Part shown: one piece after another, positions 1 to 10,340 of the stretch | How the letters are laid out: every line of letters begins with the position of its first letter | Position numbering within the stretch: position 1 is the stretch's first letter | NCBI RefSeq assembly: GCF_020085105.1 | Contig: NC_058053.1 | Span: forward strand, 24,477,196 to 24,541,195 | DNA: 64,000 nt | Direction: 5' to 3' | DNA from: Siniperca chuatsi | Taxonomy: Eukaryota | Position numbers and translations under genes: made by a program | The notes under the pieces: model-generated | What the model was told of the DNA's origin: nothing | What the model saw: the letters and a program-made list of their open reading frames with translations, nothing else | Database searches by the model: none

Positions 1-1795
1 GACTTACTCAAGCCACCCGTACAGCTGGATCTCAGAATGAACTGACAGCTTTCGCATGATGGCGATTTGAGATACAGTTACTAGTCTAATGACAACGCGA
101 CTGCATTATGCAGGCTATCGGGGCCGTCTCAGTCACGTAAGTTTCTCAGCTAGTCATCAGCAGAAGTTGCTTATGACTTGTTAGCTACGTCTGGACACAT
201 TTACTAAGACTCCCAGCAGATGAGCATGTTCACACATTTTGTGAGATGACAGTCTGCTAGTACCTGCCTCACGGCCAGTGCTAGGCATGTCTCACATCGT
301 CATCTATGTCCTAGTGATTCCAGATCTCGTGTACGTATCACTATTCTTACTCGAAACTTGATCTGTACCAGTTTGTATGACCGATCGGTTGATAAGCTCT
401 GCCTCACACTTCAGGCTGACTGCCAGCCTGTCAGTTGAGCTGACTACGTTGATTTGTACTTAGATTACACTCTACTCTCGTAGAGGTACCTGCTTCACTC
501 ACCATGCGCGGTCACCCATGTCTACAGAAGACTCAGGATGCAGGCATAGCTTGCTGAACCTAGATTCTAGCTGTAATTATCGTACTCTAAACTAGTCTCA
601 GTCACTCTCAACCGGTACCTGTCAGGATCTTGGCATGTCTCGTCGACCAGCTGCTGCTGCAGTCGTCCCTCTGACGCAGTTCAGTCAGAACAAGGTCCGA
701 CATGTGCCTGACGTCCTGAGTTCTCAAGTCTGACGCCACTCGTAGTACCAGCTCGACTCTTGCATTCAGACGTTCTGGAATTAGACGCAGCATGCTAGTC
801 TACCAGCTCTGTACTTCAGTTCTGTACCAAGCCTTACACACTCCTAGCTCCACCGTGCTGTTTCTGTGATTCCATCTACGCTGTGGCTCTGTAGATCTTG
901 TCCCAGTGTACCTCATACTTAGCGCGTGACACGTCTGAACGTGTGAAGCTACTGTCTCAGTCACAGAGCCCGGTTCCGTAGAGCTCGCCAGCTCACACGC
1001 TTGCAGCAGCACTGCGATCTCAGCAGTCCTGATCCTGGCTCAAGCTCTATGCAGATGCTGTATGCCGTGCGACATGCGCAGTTCCAGTGCTCCAGCCTGC
1101 CTCATGTGACAAGCTAGTCAGAATCTATCACCGGTGACAGTAGCATGGCCCTAGCAATCTAGCTTATCTGTTACTGTCCCTCGTAACTACGCCGTACGTC
1201 GCAGTCATTGCATGTAGCGAGCGTGCTGCGATCTGTACTTCAGCATTGTACAGAGATTCTGAACGTATAATCCTCTTGTCATGACTTAAGCTGTTACGAC
1301 TCCGCTCCGATCCCTTCTATTCTCGTTCCTGGATCCGATTCTCACGTAGCAGGACAAGCCTGCTAGGACCAACCGCTATGCTTCACCGACGACTGGCGTT
1401 GACTAGATGCTCTTCCCTGGTTCTGCTCAGGGATCACCTCGCTAGTCTCAAGCCGAACGCGATCCGTCTGCCTCCATCTGACACGCAGTAGAAGTGCTTG
1501 TGACATTCTGTCCGACTAGCCCGACTCTACCGCTTACAGTCCTACAACGGCCCCATGTCAGCTTATCGATTAACCATCCGAGATCCGTAGCGCGCTCAGC
1601 AGTCCTGAGCGCTACCCTGTTTCGTTGGTTCTGGTGGTAGTGGGCTGTGACGCTCCAGAGCATGAGCGCATTTTACACCATCAGCCGCTCTCTGCCTGTT
1701 CCTTCGGACCAATGAATCAGATTCTGCCAGCTTACTTAGCATTCATCTCTCGTCCTGCCCTACTCGAGACCTCGTGAGCTTCGGGCTAGCGAAGC
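1..1795. other. Compositionally anomalous block: ~50% GC, CpG not depleted, almost no homopolymer runs or simple repeats, no ORF >71 aa. Origin unclear (foreign, artificial or mis-assembled segment?)
   Basis: Read directly: only about 20 runs of >=3 identical bases in 1.8 kb, against >100 expected for random sequence. Frequent CG dinucleotides. No A/T tracts or microsatellites, whereas the rest of the window is AT-rich with abundant A/T runs. Confidence 0.5.
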
Positions 1796-2304
1796 ACTGA
1801 CTTGAGAAAGGGGCCGGTCAGTGTCCCTGCAGCCGGGAGCCTTCGCAGCCAACGCCGTCAGCGTACGGCCTGTCAGGTCCGTCAGGCCCCGGTCAGGGCT
1901 GAAACCCGGGTTTCAACCCATCCCGATCCCTACCCGATCCGACTCTTCCTCAGGTTTTCTCTAATCCGGACTCCGGGACTGCTCCCCTTTGTCTGGCGGA
2001 AAGGGCGCCGCCACGGACTAATCTTGAGCCCAAGCTCTTGGCCCCGGGGCTTCTGCCATGGTTAGCCCATCGACCAAGGCTCGCCGCCTGGTGGCCCAGA
2101 AGATGGGGGAGAGCTTGACCCCCCCTCCTGCGGCACTCTGCGGCACCAAGAGGCCCGACGGCTGCCTCGCTCCGGACGAGCCGACCATTCCCCGGCCCTG
2201 GGCGTGGTGCTTGCGCCACACTCTCCGCCTGAACACCCGGGGTTAAGGAGCCCATTGACTCCCGCGCGCTGTCCAGGGGTTTCTTTTCATTCAAAGGCGG
2301 TCTT
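1796..2304. other. Very GC-rich (~65%) CpG-rich segment of unknown nature, abutting a LINE 3' tail
   Basis: Composition by eye. Overlapping ORFs on both strands (1802-2065 +, 1950-2294 -, 2058-2246 +) show no recognisable domains. Confidence 0.35.
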
Positions 2305-2870
2305 TTTTAACGCACTCCATGACGTGCTGGTCAAGCAAAGGAGTACCTTCAGCGGAAGACTCATCCCCACAATGCACCACAGAGCGCCACAGGAAGTCAT
2401 TCCTGCCTGTGGCCATCAAACTCTTTAACTCCTCCTCTAAGTGTTAGTCTGTATGACCCTAAGTCACTAAACTGGACATTGATCATTACATCTCTGCAAT
2501 ACTTGAAACAATCGTGCAATATTCTGTGTAATACTCCTGTGCAATATTTAGTTTTTCCTATTTATTATTCATACCTCCATTACTGCTCTTGCACTACTAC
2601 TTATTACTTATATTATTACATTGCATTATTATACCATATTATCATCATCAACCGGTAAACCCACTTGGTACTGCACACTTATTTTATTTTAGACTTATAC
2701 CCACCTGGTACTTAATTTATTTTCTGACCTGTTTTTATAGTTTTAGAGTGTATTGTATTATATTTTTTTGCTAGTACTTTCTCCTGTGTGCACTGACGTA
2801 AAGGCGAGCTGCTGTAACAAAGACTTTCTCTTGGGGGATCAATAAAGTCTTTCTGATTCTGATTCTGAAA
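2305..2870 (+). mobile_element. Non-LTR retrotransposon 3' end: ORF2 C-terminal tail (...FSGRLIP..RHRKSFLPVAIKLFN), 3'UTR and (TCTGAT)n tail. Rex1/Babar-like CR1-clade family, copy 1 of 4 in this window
   Basis: Near-identical to 42180-42800. Ends with 'caataaagtctttctgattctgattctga'. The tail peptide motif is typical of teleost LINE ORF2 ends (family name is a hedged recollection). Confidence 0.6.
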
Positions 2871-2894
2871 AAGAGCCAACTGAGTCAAAGAACT

Positions 2895-3140
2895 GTCGCC
2901 TCAACTCTGGCCAATGGCCTTCTCGGAGATGTCCCGCCCCTTCCAATCACCGCACAGTATTTGTTCCCGTTAGACAAAACACACAGCCAATCAGATGGCT
3001 GAATTTGTTCCAATTGCGAGAATCAATGTTTTTCGCATCCAATGGGAGAAGCGGATTTGTTCCAATTTCTCTCAGTGATCCCGCCTCCTGCAAGCGGACT
3101 TTTTACTGCAGCGGAGACAGAAGCAAGTCGGTGAGTGAAG
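2895..3140 (+). promoter_or_regulatory. Putative RNA polymerase II promoter plus first non-coding exon: six CCAAT motifs in ~250 bp, GC box 'cccgcccc', then 'gcggagacagaagcaagtcg|gtgagtg' splice donor
   Basis: Motifs read in the sequence (ggccaatgg, tccaatcac, gccaatcag, tccaattgcg, tccaatggg, tccaatttc). Established: NF-Y CCAAT and Sp1 GC boxes are typical of TATA-less promoters. Confidence 0.35.
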
Positions 3141-3699
3141 CATTTGTCAATTATTATGAAGTATTGGACGGAAAACATGTTAAAAACTTATAATTCCGTC
3201 TGACAGTCATACTGAGCTAACCGAGGTGTTTGTATGTTGTGAAATAGTTGAGTGACGGATGACACAGCGTAAAGTTAGAGCATTATTAGTTCTTACAATG
3301 TCAGACTTTAATTTTACTGTAAGGAATTTATTATATAAACGTTTTTATAAATTGCTTTGTTTTAGCCAGCTAACGTTCATGCTGTTAAAACCATTTTAAA
3401 CACTGTACTGCAGGCTGATAGCATGCTAACACACCCACCGCTGTCGGCTGGTCGGTGTGTTTCATACTGCTTATGTGATTAACAGTCCAGCGGAGCTGAA
3501 GGCAGCCGGCATGTTTTATGGGGAAACTAGCAGCTGGTCGAGTGGCTGGTGGATTCCTTAAGCCTTCCTGTTCCACCAGGAGAGAAAGTGCAGCTCCTCA
3601 CCGTATGAATATTCAATTAGCCATGCTGCCAGGAAGGTAAACAGAGGCGGAGCCTGCCATAGGCAACAAGCGGAGAGAAGCAACAGTCAAAAGGTCGCT

Positions 3700-3850
3700 T
3701 TTATTTACAGTTTTTACAATGTACAAAACATCTACTAAGACTCCACACTCTTCTGCAGTAATTCTGTCTCGGTTAAACTGCTTTACAACCCCTGAAGCGC
3801 TTCTCCAGCTTTGCCACAGCCGGGGATCGAACCGCTGACCGCTGAGCCCC
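3700..3850 (-). mobile_element. Possible tRNA-derived SINE fragment (B-box-like GGTTCGATCCC on the minus strand)
   Basis: Reverse complement reads '...ggctcagcggtcagcGGTTCGATCCCcggctgtggca...'. Only the B-box is recognisable. Confidence 0.2.
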
Positions 3851-3877
3851 CTCCTCTTTTTACTCAGTCAATGAACT

Positions 3878-4122
3878 GTCGCCTCAACTCGGCCAATGGC
3901 CTTCTCGGAGATGTCCCGCCCCTTCCAATCGCCGCACAGTATTTGTTCCCTTTAGGCAGAACACACAGCCAATCAGATGGCTGAATTTGTTCCAATTGCG
4001 AGAATCAATGTTTTTCGCATCCAATGGGAGAAGCGGATTTGTTCCAATTTCTCTCAGTGATCCCGCCTCCTGCAAGCGGACTTTTTACTGCCGCAGAGAC
4101 AGAAGCAAGTCGGTGAGTGAAG
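3878..4122 (+). promoter_or_regulatory. Second copy of the CCAAT/GC-box promoter-like module with the same splice donor
   Basis: Same motifs as 2895-3140. Confidence 0.35.
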
Positions 4123-4267
4123 CATTTGTCAATTATTATGAAGTATTGGACGGAAAACATGTCAAAAACTTATAATTCTGTCTGACATTAGTCATAATGA
4201 GCTAACCGAGGTGTTTGTATGTTGTGAAATAGTGAGTGATGGATGACACAGCGTAAAGTTAGAGCCG

Positions 4268-4365
4268 GACCAGACTCCACTCAAGTGGAGACAACATAAA
4301 AGGAAGTGGTGCTGCCAGTGTTCCTCCCTTTTTTCCTCAATCATAACATTCTGTCATTTGGTTAT
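4268..4365 (+). repeat. Interspersed repeat unit (second copy at 11459-11550): '...caagtggagacaacataaaaggaagtggtgctgccagtgtt...gtcatttggttatttt'
   Basis: Two ~90 bp segments at ~90% identity, read by eye. Confidence 0.5.
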
Positions 4366-4435
4366 TTTAAGTGTTACGATTAGTCAAGCCGGGAAACAGG
4401 GAATGCCAGGGAACAGGACCCAAATACTTACTATT

Positions 4436-4438
<3 letters not shown>

Positions 4439-4470
<32 letters not shown>
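4439..4470 (+). repeat. Poly(A) tract (~32 nt)
   Basis: Direct. Confidence 0.95.
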
Positions 4471-4473
<3 letters not shown>

Positions 4474-4799
4474 TTACACTGAATTGGCGGGCAAAGCAAC
4501 TCTCAGTTGGTAAGCAGTCCAAAACAGAAACACAAGTCCCATAGTGAGCAGGCAAAATCTAAAATCCAAAATCTGCAGACAAAATCCACAAGGTCCACAA
4601 GATTCAAGGCCAAGCGGAAGATCTCAGGCTGACGACCCAGGGGCAGGACAGAAACGGGGCAGCGAACCTCAGGACGGTCCGGGGGCAGGACAGATAAAGG
4701 GCTGGGAGCCTCAGGCGGATGGCTCGAGGACTGAAAAGAAGAGCAGAGCAAGTCAGGGGGGCGCCCAGGAGGCAGGGCTGAAGGGCTGAGCAGGTCTCG

Positions 4800-4960
4800 G
4801 TGATGACCAGATGTACGAAGCAACTCAGGAGGTCGGCGACAAAGGCAAAATCCCTCCGGAGGCCGGACTGGAGACCGGCGGCGAAGGCAGAACCTCTCCG
4901 GAGGCCGGCGATGAAGGCGGAACCCTTCCAGAGGAAGGATGTGGCTGCTGCGACCCAACC
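4800..4960 (+). repeat. Minisatellite, ~33 bp unit x3-4 ('ggcagaacctctccggaggccggcgatgaa'-like)
   Basis: Direct. Explains the long proline/arginine-rich ORFs at 4503-5033 and 4604-5020 on the minus strand. Confidence 0.6.
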
Positions 4961-5639
4961 TGAGGCAGGATGCTTGACAGATGTACAATGACGATCTGAC
5001 ACAGAACAAAGGAAGAACACAGACTAAATACACTCAGGTAGGGGAGACAACGAGCTGAACCAGCTGACACAGGTGAAAACAATGAAAGCAATCAAAGACA
5101 GGAAGCCAAACTACCTGACAGAAGAGGGAGGGAGAATATTATAAAACAGGGAAACAGGAAATAACAGGACAAAACCCCAAAACCATTCTTCACATTCAAT
5201 TGGCAAATCTCATACAAGGCGCTTATTGAAGCCGCTTTAGCCTGCCTACCCTTGTTGCTTCCTCTGCAAGCCGCTTTGCAAGCTACCCCAGAACGACCAG
5301 ACTAACAGTGTACGTGCTTCAAATTACCCTGCTGCTTGTCATGTCGATTCCTGTCCATGATGAGGATCCATGGCAGATCGACTGGTATTATGGATTCACA
5401 GCACCAGCGATCTGAAGCAGAGAGTGCCGTTTCCATCCGCCGGTGCTCTCGTCTGGCAAGTAAACATTAAAATACTCCCAGCATTATTTGAATGACCAGT
5501 ACCCAGACTCCTGGAAACCTTATTTCGGAAGACCATTACAGCTCCAGTCGGAGCTTTTCATGAAGAGTTTTTCACATTGTTCGAGGAACATTCCTATCGA
5601 ACTCCCACCTGCAGATATTTTATGATAAAAGTTTTCTTT

Positions 5640-5815
5640 GACTAAAGTGGTCCTGACTGAAATGTTATTTCCACCGTTGTCATGGTTTTGGGTTTTTGTC
5701 CTGCTATTTCCTGTTTTACTTTGTAATATTCTAGCTCCTTCTTGTGTCTGGTAGTTTAGCTTCCTGTCTTTGATTGCTTTCACTGTTTTCACCTATGTCT
5801 AATTGTCTCCCCTAC
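5640..5815 (-). repeat. Inverted partial copy of the 3' part of the 4375-5190 repeat
   Basis: The reverse complement of 5640-5815 matches 5030-5180 ('cactcaggtaggggagacaa...caaaaccatgaca'). Confidence 0.6.
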
Positions 5816-6615
5816 CTGAGTGAATTTACTGTAAGTCTGTGTTTTTCCTTTGCTTAGTGTCAGATCGTCGTTGTACCATGTGCCCTGCGTTTGGCCCCAG
5901 TTCTGCATTTTTCCTATGCCTCTGTGTCCTCTGTGGATTTACCTTTATTGAACTTCTCAAGGATTAGTCTTTGTTGGATGTTTTACCTGAACTTCTTAGC
6001 CGCCCTCAGTTGTTTTTGTCTTCCTTCATAGTAAGTAAATAGTTAAAAGTTATCTTTTGTTCATTTCACCATCTCCGTGTGTATTGTCTACATGTGGGTC
6101 CACCTCCTGAACTGAATGCAACAACTGTGTTTCACTCTGGGCAGCAGGTTGAAGCCCCTACAGCCCCCTCTTTCAGCAGCCAAGTATTATGGACACTGGG
6201 TAGAGATTTTAATGCCAAATTGATATGTAGTGTAAACATTACAAGTATGAACATTTCACTTATGAGCAGCAACTGAAAAGCCCACTCAAAGAAGCTTCTT
6301 TAGAAATAACATTGTTTTCTGTCTACAGTATAGGCTATAACAGTTTTTAGGAACCTGTAAAATATTAAGTTACTTTATTCCTTTTACACTTGTTCTTGTG
6401 ACTGAACATTAAGCAAATCTAGCTTCTGAAAGTTCCTGTTTCAAGTGAGGTGACAACCACTTACCGCACAAACTATATTTACTGTCTTTGAGATGTGACT
6501 TCCTGAATCTAAAGTTCATAACAACTGAACCCAATAAGAGTTTTCTCATTTTCATGTAGAGAAACTTGCGCTCCAGAGTCGACCCTCGACAAAATATCTG
6601 GCATTCTTATGAGCG

Positions 6616-6682
6616 ATGGAGGAAATCTATGTGAATGTTGAATATGACAAATCTGACTCAAAAATGTCACAGAATCAGACAG
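6616..6682 (+). CDS. Lectin A exon 1: cytoplasmic tail MEEIYVNVEYDKSDSKMSQNQT (YxxV motif); ends phase 1 at a GTAAGA donor
   Basis: ATG at 6616. N-terminus 'MEEIY(V/A)NVE' matches fish CLEC4/CD209-like receptors as I recall them. Donor gtaaga at 6683. Confidence 0.75.
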
Positions 6683-6796
6683 GTAAGAATGAGTAGCACA
6701 TAAGCTGACAGACTAAGCTCTGCATAAATGTGTATTATTATCTGTCATATTACTGTTGTATACTTGATTGTATTCACTGGTCTTCTCTGTGTTCAG

Positions 6797-6898
6797 GTCC
6801 CAGGAGCCCAGAGAGCAGGTTTCATGGAGCTGTTGTTCTCTTTCTGGGGCTGCTGAATGTTTTCCTGCTGGCTTTGCTCATCTGCCTCGGTGTCCTCT
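6797..6898 (+). CDS. Lectin A exon 2: transmembrane segment ...GPRSPESRFHGAVVLFLGLLNVFLLALLICLGVL
   Basis: ORF track 6730-6981. 'ttcag' acceptor at 6796, GTGAGT donor at 6899. Hydrophobic 23-aa stretch. Confidence 0.8.
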
Positions 6899-7472
6899 GT
6901 GAGTCTGGTTCACATTCAGAAGTTAGTCAAGCTGAACTCATGATTATAGGAACATCATTCACTTTAACTTTTCATCCATGATTTACTCTGACCTGTTTTT
7001 AAAATTTTTATTTTTTGTTTCGATTGCATTGTTTTCAATATTTTGTACACAATCAAACCTCAAACAGCCAAATCAACATAACAATGCCTCATTTCATTTT
7101 TGTGACGTGTTCAAATTGAATTGGTGCATTTCAGCATTTATCCAGTATCAACTTAATTGCTTATTACACGAGTATCATTTTCAAGACACAAAAGCAGTGA
7201 CATGTTGTATTTCTACTGCTGACAGCTGCACTGAATTACATTTGATGTTCAATTAAACTGCAGTCAAATATGTTCCCTTTACTGAAGACTGCCAGAGTTT
7301 CACTACACTCTTTGAATGGCAGTATTTCATAAGTTTCATTAAGTATGATCATTGATAATCGTGGGACAAAATAAGGAAATATGTAGTCTTGTGAAATACA
7401 ATAGCTCTTTCTATAGAACATGAATGCAGAAGATATCTTGTGTTTCAGAGAAATGTCTCTTGATTATTTCAG

Positions 7473-7667
7473 ACCATAACTCAATACGTGGCTCAGCTGC
7501 AGATTTCTCCACTATCAAAGCCAACCTGACTGAGCGTCTCCAGGCCAGTGATAACAGGTCTTCTTCCCTGACTGAAGCAAGAGACCTGCTGAATGCCAGC
7601 CTCGTTGAAATGGCTAAAGAGTTGAAAAAGCTTCAGAATTTGTCCAAACAGGGAGTACCTGCATGTG
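7473..7667 (+). CDS. Lectin A exon 3: coiled-coil neck (...STIKANLTERLQASDNRSSSLTEARDLLNASLVEMAKELKKLQNLSKQG...)
   Basis: ORF track 7424-7675. Acceptor 'ttatttcag' at 7472. The 3' end was chosen (7667, 'tgtg|gtattt') to keep phase with the next exon; this boundary is uncertain. Confidence 0.6.
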
Positions 7668-8276
7668 GTATTTAGATTTACTTGCTGTTTCTTTAAACAT
7701 TTCTTACTCAGAAATTCCATGATAAAATCACCCTGCATTGTGTTATGGTATTTTTAGTATTTACTCTATGATTTAGTAGCCAGTTTCAGTCCAAAACTAG
7801 AAATTTTATTAATGAAATGTGGATAAAACAAAAGTGGTCTCTATCTCTGCATGTTACTGCATTGTGGCAGTAAATCTTTCTCTCTTCACAGATGACAAAT
7901 TCTAGTTTCATACTGAATGCTAAACTGCGGACACAACAGCTAACTATTCTCTGTTGGCTGCACAAGAGTTACACTGCATGAGATGATCACTAGTAGATGA
8001 GACCATTTATATGGTTCATTTTTTAAACTTTCGTCTTGTTCTTGTGAAAAATGTAATAATTACAATCATAATCAATCAAGCAGGTCAAAAGTTTGAAAAA
8101 ACAAGCAGAAAAATCACAATTTGGAGTCAAGTCTCAAAGTATCCACCAAGGTTACACCAACCAAATGAGCAGCATTAAAGGGTCATTCATTGAAGAAGTT
8201 GACATACAGACCTAACTTCACAAATACATTAACATGAGTCTTGTTGATCTGTAGTTTCTCTTGATATATCTTGCAG

Positions 8277-8419
8277 AGAAAACCTGTCCTGCAGGATGGA
8301 CGATGTTCAGTTATGCCTGTTATTTCCTCTCTGATGAGTCTGGTTCCTGGGATAAAGGCAGAGAGTACTGCAGAGGCAAAGGAGCAGATCTGGTAGTGAT
8401 AACCAGCACTGAAGAGCAG
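8277..8419 (+). CDS. Lectin A exon 4: CTLD part 1 (EKTCPAGWTMFSYACYFLSDESGSWDKGREYCRGKGADLVVITSTEEQ)
   Basis: ORF track 8261-8554. Acceptor 'tcttgcag', donor 'cag|gtactg'. Canonical CTLD start 'CPxGW'. Confidence 0.85.
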
Positions 8420-8777
8420 GTACTGTGTGCGCGTCTTAGCGTTTCCATTAACCTTCTAGCATGTGTTAACACAACACCTAAAAGCAATGTCTACTTTATG
8501 AATTCAATCAATACATATCTGAACATAAATCCCTGCAACAATTCCTCTGTCTGACTGTGGACATCGGACCACACAAAATATCCAGGTGGCCATCTGGCAA
8601 AAGGATTTAATGAAACTCTTTTTTGTTTTTTTTGTTTAATTCTAGGTAATTATAATGACCTAGGTTACAACAATTTAACTTTTACTTTTGTTATTCATAG
8701 ATTCAGATAAATACTTGTAAATGGCACATATTGTGGTTAAAACTAAAATATAATGTGGGTTTCCTTATGTTGAACAG

Positions 8778-8881
8778 CGTTTTCTCTTGGGGTTAACCAA
8801 GAAACCTTCGTGGATTGGTTTGAACGACAGAGATGTGGAGGGGACCTGGAAATGGATAGATGGAACTCCACTGAATCTGAC
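8778..8881 (+). CDS. Lectin A exon 5: CTLD part 2 (RFLLGLTKKPSWIGLNDRDVEGTWKWIDGTPLNLT)
   Basis: Translated by hand. Acceptor 'tgaacag', donor 'gtaagg'. WIGL(N/T)D motif. Confidence 0.85.
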
Positions 8882-10011
8882 GTAAGGCTTCACTTTGGTT
8901 GAATATAGACATGAACATACAACTATCATTTTATATTACTTTATTTGTTTTGGATTGAATTTCCAGCAGAGATTTCTCACAAGCATAGATGCTGTGCATG
9001 CATAACATCTTTTGTTGATGGCCATCTTTGGTGAAGCCCATAACCAAACTACCTGGGCACAGGTAGTCAGTTTTTGGCCGCATGGGGGAACTCAAGTTGC
9101 TAAACTCAAAGCCCTGATGTATAATCACCTTTTTAAAACATTTTATTGCAAATGTGATGGCAAAAATGTACACATCCAGGAGACACAGACCAACATTTAC
9201 TTTCATCTGGACTTAATTAATGTAAGTCAAATGGTCCATCTCTAATTAATTAACTTTCTTTCACCACTATCTCCTGAGAAAAATATGACTCTTTAGCTGC
9301 TTTTTTTTCTTTCACCAGCTAGTCTGTATCTTCATCAGACATTTGGTGCTGGCAGTGTACAGTGTTTATCTGAAATTATTTTGCTAAAAACAGCTTCCTG
9401 CTGCTGGAAATGGAGTTGATGAGTGCAGTAAGACTGAACTATACAGTAAACGTGCCTTAAAAATCAAGAGGTTAAAATGCTGCACAGTTGGGTGATAATT
9501 CTCAGCGAGTTCATCACCGTTAGCAGCGACTTTCATCACACGTAGACATTTGATTCATTGTTAACATAAGAATATTGGGCCTCATGCAAGAGCATTTTCA
9601 TAGTCTTACCCTAAACCTCTTTAGTTTTTTTTTTTTACTCATGTGTTTCAAGTCGAATTCAACAGACTGATAACCTCACAAACTATAAAATTACTCGTTC
9701 AGGTGAGGAGGTGCAAGTTTGCGATTTTATCATTATCATAATCAATTTTCCTATAATCAGATCTCTAAGTTTAAAAAACAAAACTAAAATTGACAAACCA
9801 TAATGAGGACCCCCCATGACTAATGCTGCTTCTTGGAGGACAGTTTCTTTAGAAAACACTACAAATGAGCCATTTCAAAGATATGAGAAATTTCCCAAAT
9901 TAGGATGATATTGGACCCAGTGTTTCAGAAAAATGACTTGTTCAGCCACTGAAGGGCTGCGTTCATGTAAGAGAAACAGTGTCATGATTCTCTTGTTCAC
10001 TGACCTGCTAG

Positions 10012-10162
10012 GTACTGGCACAACAATCAGCCTGATAATGGTGGCGGGAGCCAAAAGTGGGGTGAAGAGGACTGTGCACATATCAGAACGGAGTGGAGCA
10101 ATCATTGGAATGATTTATCATGTAATGCTGCTCTGCAATGGATCTGTGAAAAAATTGCGTAA
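10012..10162 (+). CDS. Lectin A exon 6: CTLD part 3 (YWHNNQPDNGGGSQKWGEEDCAHIRTEWSNHWNDLSCNAALQWICEKIA*), QPD motif
   Basis: Hand translation in the phase inherited from exon 5. Not in the ORF track, whose 9933-10205 ORF is in another frame. QPD = Gal/GalNAc-type Ca2+ site; WND and the cysteines are conserved. Confidence 0.85.
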
Positions 10163-10334
10163 CACTGTTACATATAAAAGATTTGCGGATCCTTTTACAA
10201 TGTAAGCTATGATTACGCAAAGCTTTAGTAATAAGTGTTCATGTATGTTTGTAAAATGTATGTATGCGATTGTGCTGAAGACTGTGCTGTACAAATTTAA
10301 ACACCTCAAAATTGCAGCTGTAGCTAAATAGAAA

Positions 10335-10340
10335 AATAAA
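10335..10340 (+). promoter_or_regulatory. AATAAA polyadenylation signal, ~175 nt after the lectin A stop
   Basis: Hexamer read in the sequence. Confidence 0.4.

Larger units (their letters stand above)
2865..4262 (+). repeat. Tandem duplication: two ~410 bp copies (2865-3280 and 3848-4262, period ~983 bp, >95% identical) of a CCAAT-box-rich promoter-like module with a GTGAGT splice donor
   Basis: ORF-track entries 3005-3193 and 3987-4175 translate to nearly identical 62-aa peptides. The DNA copies were aligned by eye. Confidence 0.8.
4375..5190 (+). mobile_element. Unclassified interspersed repeat ('gtcaagccgggaaacagggaat...ggcttacactgaattggc...caaaaccat'). Copy 1 carries an internal poly(A) and a minisatellite expansion
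   Basis: Collinear with 57165-57590 (same orientation). Its 3' 150 bp (5030-5180) recurs inverted at 5640-5815. Confidence 0.55.
6616..10162 (+). other. Gene span: Gal-type (QPD) C-type lectin type-II receptor, paralog A (CLEC10A/ASGR/CD209-like). 6 coding exons; poly(A) signal at 10335
   Basis: Sum of the exon evidence below. Confidence 0.8.

Noticed and set aside
608-1663. Three 61-71 aa ORFs in the anomalous 5' block (608-793, 800-1012, 1448-1663, all minus strand)
   Set aside because: These lengths are expected by chance in 1.8 kb of ~50% GC sequence. No start or splice context, no recognisable motifs.
4503-5033. 176-aa and 138-aa minus-strand ORFs rich in R/P/L (RPPE repeats)
   Set aside because: Translation of the 33 bp minisatellite inside an interspersed repeat; periodic low-complexity peptide, not a gene.
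9933-10205. 90-aa + ORF overlapping the last exon of lectin A
   Set aside because: Wrong reading frame. The frame inherited from the preceding exon gives a canonical CTLD C-terminus (QPD, WND, WICE) and stops at 10162. The long ORF is a frame-shifted shadow.
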